Virus record (IMG/VR): IMGVR_UViG_3300037264_001145
Location: 55,616 to 119,615 of that record
Direction: 5' to 3' (one strand)
Source of the DNA: a virus
Length of the DNA stretch: 64,000 nt
Both the position numbers and the translations under genes were made by a program. Under the pieces are notes generated by a model that saw only the letters and a list, made by a program, of their open reading frames with translations, did no database searches and was not told the DNA's origin. Positions 48,003-56,980 of the stretch are shown piece after piece (position 1 is the stretch's first letter; every line of letters begins with the position of its first letter).

Positions 48003-48503
48003 TTATACACCTTCAACGATTTCTTTTAAATTTTCTAAAATTAAATTTTTGTTGTCCGGCTTCCATTCCACAATCTCAATCCCTTGTCCGTCAAGCATCA
48101 AATTTATTAATTTGTTATCTTGATTATCATTTAAATGAATACTTTGTGAATGATTTGATTTAATACTTCCATATATAACTTTTTTGATTCCGGATTGAAT
48201 TATTAATCTCCAACATTTTACACAAGGAAATCCGGTTATAAATAACGTTGCATTTTCTAAAGAAGAATTGCAATTGAGAATACAATTTTCTTCGCTATGT
48301 AAAATACAATCATATTTTAAGGGTCTTTCTTGAGGCATTAAATTATCGTTTGTGCCACGCACAAATCCGTTGTAACCAACTCCAATTATTTGATTTTTTT
48401 TGTTTACGGCCACACACCCATGTTTTGTTGATATGTCTGGTGATCTTTTAGAAACCCACAAAGCCATTATAGAAAAATAACTATCCCAACTCAAACGATC
48501 CAT
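48003..48503 (-). CDS. dCMP deaminase
   Basis: RSPD, GYNG, HSEEN and PCVKC motifs. Confidence 0.92.
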   Translation of the reverse strand: MDRLSWDSYFSIMALWVSKRSPDISTKHGCVAVNKKNQIIGVGYNGFVRGTNDNLMPQERPLKYDCILHSEENCILNCNSSLENATLFITGFPCVKCWRLIIQSGIKKVIYGSIKSNHSQSIHLNDNQDNKLINLMLDGQGIEIVEWKPDNKNLILENLKEIVEGV

Positions 48504-48525
48504 TAATTTTCCTTTTTAAATTTAC

Positions 48526-49254
48526 CTAATCTAATATACAAGGTATGTCATTAGATTTTAGGAATTTAATAAAAGACTTAGAAGAAATAAAATAGGAACA
48601 GTGTGTGAAAAGAATCCCGTTCTCAAACGAGACTTGATCTGCCATGCCAATTAAAAAATACTGTCCGTTACGATGAACGAACAGACCACCGCCGCTTGAT
48701 CCCGGAGAAATTTCTGCGTCAGCTACAATAAACATTCCACTAATTCTAGAAATAATTCCTTTTGTTACCGCTATAGGGTTAGCTAACTGGAACGTAGAAG
48801 TAAAAACCTCGTCCAACACATCGTATTTAGCAGTTATTGGCGCAACTGGAATGTCTCTTGAAGACAAGAAGGTAACTATAATTGAATCTATTGCTAAGTC
48901 TCCACAATGGAACGTTGCATCGTTCACTCCTATAATTTCTTCGTTGTTGTTGTATGAAGTTATTTTGACGCGAGCCGGAGTTGAAGATGAAGATATTTCT
49001 TCTCCCAACAGGATGAATACTGGTGGAGGAGTTATTAGATGATAAGCTGTTAAAACATAATATAAATTTAGATCATCTTGTTTTTCTTTGCCTATAACAA
49101 CCCCGGAACCAAAACCAAACTCGCTTTCTATCTTCACTACTGAATCGGTAATTCTACTAATAGCTTTAGGGATTTTTATAGTAGAGCTTATGTATATCAT
49201 TGTCGCAAAAAAACAACCACAAAGCATCAATAAAACTACCAATCTTTTCTTCAT
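48526..49254 (-). CDS. Trypsin-like serine protease with N-terminal signal/lipobox
   Basis: GSGVVI, LTAYH and GSSGGG motifs; N-terminus MKKRLVVLLMLCGC. Confidence 0.85.
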   Translation of the reverse strand: MKKRLVVLLMLCGCFFATMIYISSTIKIPKAISRITDSVVKIESEFGFGSGVVIGKEKQDDLNLYYVLTAYHLITPPPVFILLGEEISSSSTPARVKITSYNNNEEIIGVNDATFHCGDLAIDSIIVTFLSSRDIPVAPITAKYDVLDEVFTSTFQLANPIAVTKGIISRISGMFIVADAEISPGSSGGGLFVHRNGQYFLIGMADQVSFENGILFTHCSYFISSKSFIKFLKSNDIPCILD

Positions 49255-49272
49255 ATTATACTACCTTTCTCG

Positions 49273-49758
49273 TTACGGGACTGGTTGACGAAGAGCGTTC
49301 AAGTCTTTAATCTCCTTGAGAAGATCCAATATTTCTTTAAGGGAAGGGGTGTTAGATGTTGGTTGTGGTTGACTATTCACTCCACTGATAACTCCTGGTA
49401 TAGCAGCAATAGCACTATTAATAATACTGGTGAAAGCCTGCATGTCAGCCGTGTGTGCAGCAGCTTGAACCTGATAGAATTGGAACATAGCTTGTGCTCT
49501 TTCGGATTCAGCAGCTATAACGGGAGATGGAGACGAATTAACTTCTGCATCAACATCAAAAGATCCAGTTGTTGCATCATACTTACCTTTGACTTTACCA
49601 TTGAATTCACTACCAGCCTCAAACCTAACACCACTTCTAGTTCTCTCAAACTGAAGGGATGGATTACTAAGTTTTGCTGCGTTTTGCGGTTGAGCAAGTG
49701 TTGCACAACCTCCAATCAAACAAATTTGTGCCATCATTACCAACTTCATTACCTTCAT
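49273..49758 (-). CDS. Predicted lipoprotein
   Basis: MKVMKLVMMAQICLIGGC lipobox; AAGGAG RBS. Confidence 0.6.
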   Translation of the reverse strand: MKVMKLVMMAQICLIGGCATLAQPQNAAKLSNPSLQFERTRSGVRFEAGSEFNGKVKGKYDATTGSFDVDAEVNSSPSPVIAAESERAQAMFQFYQVQAAAHTADMQAFTSIINSAIAAIPGVISGVNSQPQPTSNTPSLKEILDLLKEIKDLNALRQPVP

Positions 49759-49781
49759 ACTATTCTCCTTTTCTTTCTTTG

Positions 49782-49794
49782 TTTTATACACTAT
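49782..49794 (-). promoter_or_regulatory. Putative promoter motif (ATAGTGTATAAAA)
   Basis: Identical to 8596-8608; intergenic, upstream of the RBS of 49758. Confidence 0.55.
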
Positions 49795-49800
49795 CTAAAC

Positions 49801-50334
49801 CTATAGATTAGTGCCAATCTGTCCTCTAAAGTTATTATTTAGCTTGTGTACCGCCTTGTTTTGTAAGTCTATTATTTTATAGCTAGAGAAACCAGTCAGT
49901 TTTGTTATTTCTAACAGGGTGTGGCTTTCTAAATACCTCATTCGTAACACGGAAGCTTCGTCTGAGGACAAAGAATCTAACAATTCTTGCACTTCTAAGC
50001 CAGAACTTACGGGATTATCGTAATAACTATTGACAAATTCTGGGTGTATCTCGGTATCGTTTCTTTGAAAATACTTGATGCTCGAATCTACATAGTGTCT
50101 TATTGTTCCATTGACTCTGTGGTAAAGAAACGTATTGAAAGATCCCTTGCTTGAATCAAAATGTATCATGGCATACAAAAGTTCTGTTTTTGCAATTGCC
50201 ATAAAATCATCAAGATAATTTGTGTCAAATCTTCCAAACATACCCTTAAATAAATCGTTAACAATTCTTTGTAACAAGTGATACTTTAATTTGTAATAAT
50301 AATTATAATATCCTTCGGTTATTCTCCTGTTCAT
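49801..50334 (-). CDS. Second sigma-70-like factor (regions 2 and 4)
   Basis: ELLYAMIHFDSSKGSFNTF region 2; LDSLSSDEASVLRMRYLE.HTL.EI region 4. Confidence 0.8.
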   Translation of the reverse strand: MNRRITEGYYNYYYKLKYHLLQRIVNDLFKGMFGRFDTNYLDDFMAIAKTELLYAMIHFDSSKGSFNTFLYHRVNGTIRHYVDSSIKYFQRNDTEIHPEFVNSYYDNPVSSGLEVQELLDSLSSDEASVLRMRYLESHTLLEITKLTGFSSYKIIDLQNKAVHKLNNNFRGQIGTNL

Positions 50335-50957
50335 TTATTTCTCACAGAAATATTATTTTCAAGTTCCTTTGACCAAATACCGTCCACTAAACCGATTTGA
50401 ATAGCCTGTTCCGGCGTCAACCAACAGGTTTGAAGCAAGAGTTCTTCAAGTTTTTTCCTCTTGATTTTAAGTTTAGAAGCAAAATCTGCTATTTTTTCTT
50501 CCGAATACTTAATTAAATGCTCGACGCAAATGTTCTGGGCCGATACGCCCGCAGGTGGTAATTCCACACACATGTTGTGTAGGAACATAGTAGAGTTTTT
50601 TGTTATGAAACGACACCCTTTGGTTCCGTACGCTGCTATAGACGCCGCCATGCTCGCTGCGGTGCCTCTTACGATAGTGTAGATCGGGAACATACATAGT
50701 TGCATTTGATCCAAAATCGCGTACCCGGCGTTTAAATCTCCACCCTCACTGTTTATATAAATAAATACGGGTAACGGAGAGGATGAGTAAAGTTGTAATT
50801 TACTATTTATAAAATCTGCTTTTGTTGAATTTATTTCTCCGGTGAGCAGAATCCGTCGTGTTCTAGTGAACATTTGTTCCACCGCCTCAACAAGTTCAAC
50901 CGGAGCATCCTCTTGGGCCGAAGGATTACAAACATCACAATCGCACTCGTTGTTCAT
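50331..50957 (-). CDS. clpP: ClpP-like protease subunit
   Basis: YINSEGG, AASMA, FLH and WLTPEQAIQIGLVD motifs; the catalytic Asp position is not conserved. Confidence 0.85.
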   Translation of the reverse strand: MNNECDCDVCNPSAQEDAPVELVEAVEQMFTRTRRILLTGEINSTKADFINSKLQLYSSSPLPVFIYINSEGGDLNAGYAILDQMQLCMFPIYTIVRGTAASMAASIAAYGTKGCRFITKNSTMFLHNMCVELPPAGVSAQNICVEHLIKYSEEKIADFASKLKIKRKKLEELLLQTCWLTPEQAIQIGLVDGIWSKELENNISVRNK

Positions 50958-51068
50958 TTTATTATTCCTTTAATTAGCCCAACAGAAATGACCATAACTT
51001 GTTGTCTCCTGCTACATATACAAATACACATTTACTTGTCGGGCTTAAAAATAAAACACGACTTTATT

Positions 51069-51278
51069 TTATAAATTCACAAGACCAGAGATCGTATTAT
51101 TATTAGATGTAATTTGTTTTCGCAATTTTTTATTCTCCTCTGTTAGTTTTCGTATCTTGTCTACAAGTTGAACCTTTGATAATTCCAATAACTTAGTATC
51201 TTCTTCTAAGGCTTTTATTTTTCTTCTTAATTCTTTTCCACCGCGTTCTAATAAACTACTCATTTTATTTCCTTCCAT
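51069..51278 (-). CDS. Small coiled-coil protein
   Basis: Heptad-rich sequence. Confidence 0.5.
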   Translation of the reverse strand: MEGNKMSSLLERGGKELRRKIKALEEDTKLLELSKVQLVDKIRKLTEENKKLRKQITSNNNTISGLVNL

Positions 51279-51781
51279 GTTCTTTTCTTTTTAATGTCGC
51301 AAATTGTTGATGGCGACACATTATAATAATAAGCTATTTCTTTTTGTGTTAAAATTTTTTCGTCTATTAATTTTAATATTTCCATAATTTCTTTATTTAT
51401 AAGTTTAGATTTACCGTTTTTAGATCCTCTATTATTTATCCATATCGGCCTTGGTTTATTTCCATGCTTTATTGTATCTTGACAATTTTCGGATCTAGTT
51501 CCCCATATTAAATTTTTAATCATATAGTTGGTTCTAATACCATTTAAGTGACGACACTCCATTTTCTGTGGACATAGACCAACAAAATATTCTAATACTA
51601 AACGATGCATTCTTACGGGTTTACGAGTATCCTTTTTACACAGATTCACACTTGGATACCCACAAGAATCAATATAAATTTTTATAATTTTATTAGAAAT
51701 AACATTTTTCACCCTATATAAGTTGGAAAATTTATATAATCCCTCAAATCCAGTAATATCTTTCCATATCTCATTTTGCAT
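51260..51781 (-). CDS. NUMOD4-HNH homing endonuclease
   Basis: EIWKDI.GFEGLY, CRHLNG and WGTRSEN motifs; C-terminal HTH. Confidence 0.85.
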   Translation of the reverse strand: MQNEIWKDITGFEGLYKFSNLYRVKNVISNKIIKIYIDSCGYPSVNLCKKDTRKPVRMHRLVLEYFVGLCPQKMECRHLNGIRTNYMIKNLIWGTRSENCQDTIKHGNKPRPIWINNRGSKNGKSKLINKEIMEILKLIDEKILTQKEIAYYYNVSPSTICDIKKKRTWKEIK

Positions 51782-52028
51782 TTTTTATTTTTTTCAATAG
51801 TTTCTGTAAATCTTTAATATTTTCTTTTTTGAAAATAAAATTATCCCAAGCACCATATTTAGACTTATAACCGAAAACATATCTTATACTAACCCAAATT
51901 CTTTTAAATAAATTTTTATATTGGTTCAAATATATTTCAGTATATAATTCATTATTTTTTTTATCATAAATAAATTTCATTGTATGTTCGGCACTAGAGC
52001 AAGAGCACTCATAAAAAAATGTTTTCAT
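51771..52028 (-). CDS. Hypothetical protein
   Basis: Operonic, with overlapping stop/start codons. Confidence 0.55.
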   Translation of the reverse strand: MKTFFYECSCSSAEHTMKFIYDKKNNELYTEIYLNQYKNLFKRIWVSIRYVFGYKSKYGAWDNFIFKKENIKDLQKLLKKIKNAK

Positions 52029-52846
52029 CTTATTCTTCTAACTCCTCTACTTCCATCCGTAAGAGTAAACAATTCCATTTTATATACGATTAATGGAAAT
52101 TCTTTTTCCATTATTTTAAACATTTCTACAGCAAGAGATCTAATTTCTGGTTCAACTCCTTCTCCACCCCTTAGATTCATAAGATATCTAACAGATCTTC
52201 CATTCAAAGTTACCATTATCTTTGTCTCTGTTGCATTTGGTAAAACAGACCTAGCCGCTTGTCTTGCTGCTTTTCTTTGTTCTGTCTTGTTTGACATATC
52301 TTTATACAATTCTGATAATTGAGTTGTTAATGTCTCATAAAAATCTCTTGATTTTAAACAGAACGCTTTCCATTCCTCTACGATTACTGGATTTATTTTT
52401 TCTAATTCTTGAATAGCTTTTGGTATAATGAAACACACTTCTGAAGAGTCCACATATCTTTGACTAAGTTGGCTATATGCTACTCCTATTCTTGTTCTAA
52501 CAAGCTCGTGAGTTAAACTACGAGAGACGTTCCATATCTGAAAATTAAAAGTTGCGTGCTCAAGACACGATTCATGTCCTACGTCTATTAGGTGTTTGAG
52601 GTGGTCTTCGTGACTACGACCCTTTAATTGCTCCCCTTTCTGTGGCCACGACTGATAACAGTTTCTTCCTCCAAACTCTATCAACCATTCTCCGTCATTG
52701 TCTCCAATATCAAGATTTGAATCTAACTTCTTTTGAAATTCTGGCCAACACATTCCTGAATCTTCTAAGAAAGCTAAAAGTCCATCTATATCTACGATAC
52801 TTTTTCCAATTAGTTTGATTTTTGGTTTAGTTACAAAATTTTCCAA
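52025..52846 (-). CDS. thyX: Flavin-dependent thymidylate synthase
   Basis: GRNCY, GHESCLEH, SRSLTHELVRTR...SQLSQRY, ARSVLPNATET and EPEIR motifs. Confidence 0.93.
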   Translation of the reverse strand: MENFVTKPKIKLIGKSIVDIDGLLAFLEDSGMCWPEFQKKLDSNLDIGDNDGEWLIEFGGRNCYQSWPQKGEQLKGRSHEDHLKHLIDVGHESCLEHATFNFQIWNVSRSLTHELVRTRIGVAYSQLSQRYVDSSEVCFIIPKAIQELEKINPVIVEEWKAFCLKSRDFYETLTTQLSELYKDMSNKTEQRKAARQAARSVLPNATETKIMVTLNGRSVRYLMNLRGGEGVEPEIRSLAVEMFKIMEKEFPLIVYKMELFTLTDGSRGVRRIR

Positions 52847-52856
52847 CGTTTTCTCC

Positions 52857-53216
52857 TTATTGTATAACTTCGTTAATTAAAAACTCTTTTATTCCATAAG
52901 TGTGACTATCTGCCAATTGATAACATTGCTTTTTCCAATTTTTTATTACAAGTAATTCTTCTATTTGCCAAAGAATATTTCTAACTTCTTGTATTCGTTC
53001 CTTAAGCATAAATTTTTCCAGGCAATTTAGACATCTTGTTTGTTCATCCTTTTTTCTACCTGGGCATTCTACCCCTGGATTTTTACCACACGCAAAACAC
53101 ATATTTGACGTTCCTGCCACACACTTAGAGCAAACGTAAGAAGTAGGAGTAATACTACTCCACGAATCTCCTGGTTGTCTACATTTATCACATATTAATC
53201 TATACTTTTTACCCAT
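52857..53216 (-). CDS. Cys-rich hypothetical protein
   Basis: Multiple CxxC pairs. Confidence 0.55.
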   Translation of the reverse strand: MGKKYRLICDKCRQPGDSWSSITPTSYVCSKCVAGTSNMCFACGKNPGVECPGRKKDEQTRCLNCLEKFMLKERIQEVRNILWQIEELLVIKNWKKQCYQLADSHTYGIKEFLINEVIQ

Positions 53217-53775
53217 TCTTTAATATCTCCAATAAATAAATATTAAACCATGCGTCAAACAACGCATGATGTTGACCAAGTTTATATTGCTCTGGCCTAT
53301 TGGCTTTAAACAAATCATTAGCAAGCCTACTTCTATCCGCCTTAAGGTCTACAAAAGACAAACCTGATGACTGCGACAAGTACATCATCACAGAATTTAA
53401 GTCCATAGAACGATAATCAAATAACGTCATTGTCCCAGGCGAACCTACTGATTGAGATAATTTTTTAATGAATTGTAAATCAAAAAATCCAATATTTAAA
53501 CCCATAATTATTATAGGTTTGTGATGATATTGATTCATCAACCAAGTATTAAAATCACAAATTACAGTGTACGGCTCTGATTTTTGTGTATTTTCTATTT
53601 TGCTAAAATCAATTTTTAAAAATGCTTGGGTCTTTGTAGACACAAATAGATCTTTGTAATATATTTCCCTATAAAACTCGTAACCATCTTTTGGATTAAC
53701 CGCACCAATTGAAATCACATTATGTTTATCTGGATCTAAACCTGTTGTTTCAATATCTAAGGAAATTATATTCAT
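53209..53775 (-). CDS. DEDDh 3'-5' exonuclease (DnaQ-like)
   Basis: LDIETTG, N..FFD and HHALFDA motifs. Confidence 0.88.
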   Translation of the reverse strand: MNIISLDIETTGLDPDKHNVISIGAVNPKDGYEFYREIYYKDLFVSTKTQAFLKIDFSKIENTQKSEPYTVICDFNTWLMNQYHHKPIIIMGLNIGFFDLQFIKKLSQSVGSPGTMTLFDYRSMDLNSVMMYLSQSSGLSFVDLKADRSRLANDLFKANRPEQYKLGQHHALFDAWFNIYLLEILKNG

Positions 53776-53776
53776 T

Positions 53777-54313
53777 TTATTTATCCTTTTTTATAATGAA
53801 TTGATTGTTCGTTACTGTTAATTTTAAATCGTTGGTTTTTATAAATTCATCAATAGCTTTTTGGACACCATTGTTCCACCACCCATTATTTCCGTAATCG
53901 TCTCCGATTATCCAACCATTTTCTTTAATTTTCGGATAAAATAATTCTATATCTTGCTTGACAAAATCATATGAGTGATTACCATCTATGTATGCGAAAT
54001 CGAAATATTTGTCTGGAAATATTTTTATTGAATGAGAGGATTTTTTTCTTAATATTGTAACTCTGGAATCCGCTTTAAATTTTTGATAAACATTATTATA
54101 TATATGATCCATATCTTCTTGGCTCTTAACATACCCACCACCGTACCACGAAGAACTGTACGAAGGTTGATATAACCATGGATCAATTAAATATAACTTT
54201 CGGGGGCTTAGGTTGTCTAATATTTCTTGAGAAAAACCTCCTTTCCATACACCTATTTCTGCGCAAATACAATTTTTTGGTAAAATATCAAATAGAAAAT
54301 TTCTTCTATCCAT
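53777..54313 (-). CDS. Class I SAM methyltransferase (Methyltransf_24-like)
   Basis: AEIGVWKG, LIDPW, YIDGNHSY and GDDY motifs. Confidence 0.88.
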   Translation of the reverse strand: MDRRNFLFDILPKNCICAEIGVWKGGFSQEILDNLSPRKLYLIDPWLYQPSYSSSWYGGGYVKSQEDMDHIYNNVYQKFKADSRVTILRKKSSHSIKIFPDKYFDFAYIDGNHSYDFVKQDIELFYPKIKENGWIIGDDYGNNGWWNNGVQKAIDEFIKTNDLKLTVTNNQFIIKKDK

Positions 54314-54317
54314 ATAA

Positions 54318-54722
54318 TTAATCCTCTACCATCATTACGTTTTGTAAAAAACAATCTTCTACTGTCATTCTTAAATTAAAATAAAACTCGTCTTCGTTAG
54401 ATTCTATATGTCCAGTTAAACTACCAATATTGTTGTTGTCTTCAATTGTAATTTTTCCATATTTGTCTGTTTGTACACTAAAAACAATAAGACCATTATC
54501 CTTTAACTCTTTTACATATGTATATGTCCACCAATAATCTTCTTCTGTTTGTGGACACGAATAACTATTCTTGTATTTGTAATATTTTCCAACATATTTT
54601 TTGAACTCTTTTTCTCTTTCGAGATCTCTTCGTTCTTGAATTTCGTGGAAACAATCACTCTTAATCTTTTCTAATTGTTTCAATGTCATTTCTTCTGGTT
54701 TTTTATTCAATAATTTACTCAT
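54318..54722 (-). CDS. Hypothetical protein
   Basis: Start taken at MSKLL after an AGGAGA RBS. The longer ORF-track start runs through the tRNA-like gene. Confidence 0.6.
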   Translation of the reverse strand: MSKLLNKKPEEMTLKQLEKIKSDCFHEIQERRDLEREKEFKKYVGKYYKYKNSYSCPQTEEDYWWTYTYVKELKDNGLIVFSVQTDKYGKITIEDNNNIGSLTGHIESNEDEFYFNLRMTVEDCFLQNVMMVED

Positions 54723-54745
54723 TTTTATTCTCCTTTCAATAAAAA

Positions 54746-54815
54746 ATCCCACGTCAGGAATCGAACCTGGGTCTCGACAATACATTTGCCGGCTTTACCA
54801 CTAAGCTACGTGGGA
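54746..54815 (-). tRNA. Non-canonical tRNA-like gene; anticodon undetermined (UGU under one folding); no encoded CCA
   Basis: TCCCACG/CGTGGGA acceptor stem, GCTT-AGTGGTA-AAGC D arm, CAGG-TTCGATT-CCTG T arm. The anticodon arm is 1-2 nt short. Confidence 0.7.
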
Positions 54816-54965
54816 CAATAAATTATTCGTCACAACCAATTGTCGTATTTATTAATTCTGTGGTATCGTATGAAAACAACTCACTCGCCAACAACACATA
54901 GTAATGCTACACAAGACGTAAAACCAATAAACTTCTTCATATACTCCCACTCCTTTAAAAATTTC

Positions 54966-55673
54966 CTAATTTACATTAAATTTAAACAATTTTTCTGTTC
55001 TATTGGCCTTACCCCCATCGGCTGTATTCATACAAGTTTTTCTTTCTATTTGCCAGACACAACTGAAATCGTCTGGTGCTTTATACTCTGACACATATAT
55101 ATCATGGATATTTGAAAATTCTCTTACTACTCTCCAAAATCTTTGATGGTCAAATGGAAATCTATATTGTGTTGTATTTATATATGGAATATCACAATAT
55201 AATAATGATCCAACAGGAACACATTTTAAAACATCTTCGTAATCAGCACAACAAAATTTAACTCCCTCTATTCCCTTTTTAAGTCTTAAAGAACTATTAT
55301 AAGCTCCTTTTATAAAATCGTACCCACCTTTTGGATCTCTTGCCACTCCCCCAAACCATTTCCCTCCAAAGCTTGTAAAGTAACCACAAAATCCAATTTC
55401 CGCATTACAAACACCACTTTTGTATAATTGTTTTAGCTCGTTATATCTATCTTCAGAAAGATTTGTTGGTGGTAGCCATCCCACTTGTATTTGTCTATAA
55501 AATTCTATTAGATATGGACAAATATCAGAAGCTATTCTTTCTCCATCCATTAATGAAATTACAGCACCACCGCCAACAAATGGTTCTACATATATTTGTT
55601 TATGTTTACGAACAGATTTCAAAAAATCAGTAAGTGGTTTTGCTATTCTTACTTTTCCTCCGACGTATCTCAA
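54966..55673 (-). CDS. Dam-like DNA adenine methyltransferase
   Basis: RYVGGK, YVEPFVGGG, SD and YCDIPY (DPPY variant) motifs. Confidence 0.85.
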   Translation of the reverse strand: MRYVGGKVRIAKPLTDFLKSVRKHKQIYVEPFVGGGAVISLMDGERIASDICPYLIEFYRQIQVGWLPPTNLSEDRYNELKQLYKSGVCNAEIGFCGYFTSFGGKWFGGVARDPKGGYDFIKGAYNSSLRLKKGIEGVKFCCADYEDVLKCVPVGSLLYCDIPYINTTQYRFPFDHQRFWRVVREFSNIHDIYVSEYKAPDDFSCVWQIERKTCMNTADGGKANRTEKLFKFNVN

Positions 55674-55684
55674 GTCTCATTCCT

Positions 55685-56203
55685 TTATAATATATGTTTC
55701 CATGTTTTATTTAATCTAATATCCCTTATTGTTTGTCTATTAACATTAAAAATTATTCCTATCTTACTATTAGATAAACCATCTTTTATCATTTGTTTAA
55801 TTCTTGGAATATCTTCTTCTTTTAATTTTGCTAAATAATGTTTAGACCCCATTTGAAATGTTTTATGTTTTATGGAATCTTGAGAATTTTCTTTGTTTGT
55901 ACCCCATTTAAGATTATTTGGATTGTTGTTTAATTGATTTCCGTCTAAGTGTCTACAAACTGAATTAACAAAAGGTTTTGGATCAATAAAAGTTTCTATT
56001 ATCAATTTGTGAACAAAAAATCTTTCGCCGATATTGTTTTTCCATAAATCAACACATAAATATCCTTTATTATTCTTATTATTTGATATAATTCTATAAA
56101 GATTATTACACCTTTTGTCTTTATGGATTCTTCTAACAAACCCTTTGTTAGATACTTGATACAACCCCTCGTATCCTTTGATATCTTTCCAAATTTCTTC
56201 CAT
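55685..56203 (-). CDS. NUMOD4-HNH homing endonuclease
   Basis: EIWKDIKGYEGLYQVSN and CRHLDGN..NN...NLKWGT..EN motifs. Start taken at the TAATG overlap. Confidence 0.87.
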   Translation of the reverse strand: MEEIWKDIKGYEGLYQVSNKGFVRRIHKDKRCNNLYRIISNNKNNKGYLCVDLWKNNIGERFFVHKLIIETFIDPKPFVNSVCRHLDGNQLNNNPNNLKWGTNKENSQDSIKHKTFQMGSKHYLAKLKEEDIPRIKQMIKDGLSNSKIGIIFNVNRQTIRDIRLNKTWKHIL

Positions 56204-56451
56204 TATTTTCCCTTGGGTAAAAACCATATTTCGTTATATAGTTTTCGTCCATTTAAGTCTTCTATGCCTTTAAATAACATTCCGTCTGCCGATATAGTAA
56301 TATCTAAAACATCCATTTCCAACATAAAAGAATGATCTTCAAGAAAACAATTTAATTTCTTGTCTTTACAATCAATATACCCGGTGTGTTTTTGGGGTTT
56401 TTCTATTTGTAAACCATTTCTTGTTTTTTGGATATAGAAATTTCCTTTCAT
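56203..56451 (-). CDS. Hypothetical protein
   Basis: Operonic with overlaps. Confidence 0.5.
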   Translation of the reverse strand: MKGNFYIQKTRNGLQIEKPQKHTGYIDCKDKKLNCFLEDHSFMLEMDVLDITISADGMLFKGIEDLNGRKLYNEIWFLPKGK

Positions 56452-56651
56452 AATATAATTTTCCTCCTCTTTGTTTCTTGTATCGGAATTATTTTATCAA
56501 AACTAAAATCGGGATGTTGATACTCCAAACAAAGGCCAGTACCAGAACATTTTAGACAATCTATATATTCTTCACATCCGGATACTCCACAATCATTATA
56601 CAAGATAAATCCACTACCAAGACATCTTTGACATTCTATACATTCTTTCAT
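56448..56651 (-). CDS. Small protein with two CxxCxGxG (DnaJ-type zinc) motifs
   Basis: CQRCLGSG and CLKCSGTG. Confidence 0.6.
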   Translation of the reverse strand: MKECIECQRCLGSGFILYNDCGVSGCEEYIDCLKCSGTGLCLEYQHPDFSFDKIIPIQETKRRKIIL

Positions 56652-56980
56652 AAAATTATTTTTCTTTTATTGGATTTTATCTTAACGGATTTCTTTTCTA
56701 TTGGTTGTCGATACATTTCATCAATTTCTGATATATAATCCACTCCTTCTAAACTGTTTGTAAATCTTATTTTTAATCCAAAAATAACTATGTCCTCAAA
56801 ATTAAGAGGATAATAAATAGGATAAGATATACGTTCAGCAGTATTCATATATTCTCTGTGTAACATTCTTATAAAACCATATTTATCTTGATCATTTACA
56901 AATAGAACATTGGGTCTTCTATTGGTTACTTTCTCAAAATTTCTTATTGCTTCCCAAATAGATTGTATCGTATCAAACAT
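56648..56980 (-). CDS. Hypothetical protein
   Basis: Operonic with overlaps. Confidence 0.55.
   Translation of the reverse strand: MFDTIQSIWEAIRNFEKVTNRRPNVLFVNDQDKYGFIRMLHREYMNTAERISYPIYYPLNFEDIVIFGLKIRFTNSLEGVDYISEIDEMYRQPIEKKSVKIKSNKRKIIL

Noticed and set aside
54723-54785. N-terminal extension MYCRDPGSIPDVG... of ORF 54318..54785
   Set aside because: It is the tRNA T-arm read in frame. A strong RBS supports the start at 54722.
54833-54940. Mini-ORF MKKFIGFTSCVALLCVVGE* with a good RBS, extendable to a 36-aa membrane peptide by TGA readthrough (minus strand)
   Set aside because: It is a single instance, best explained as a nonsense-disrupted or spurious ORF. The adjacent tRNA-like gene has no UCA anticodon.
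55180-55195. DIPY instead of DPPY in the Dam-like enzyme as a sign of inactivity
   Set aside because: Motif IV variants occur in active amino-methyltransferases and all other motifs are intact, so it is too weak to report.
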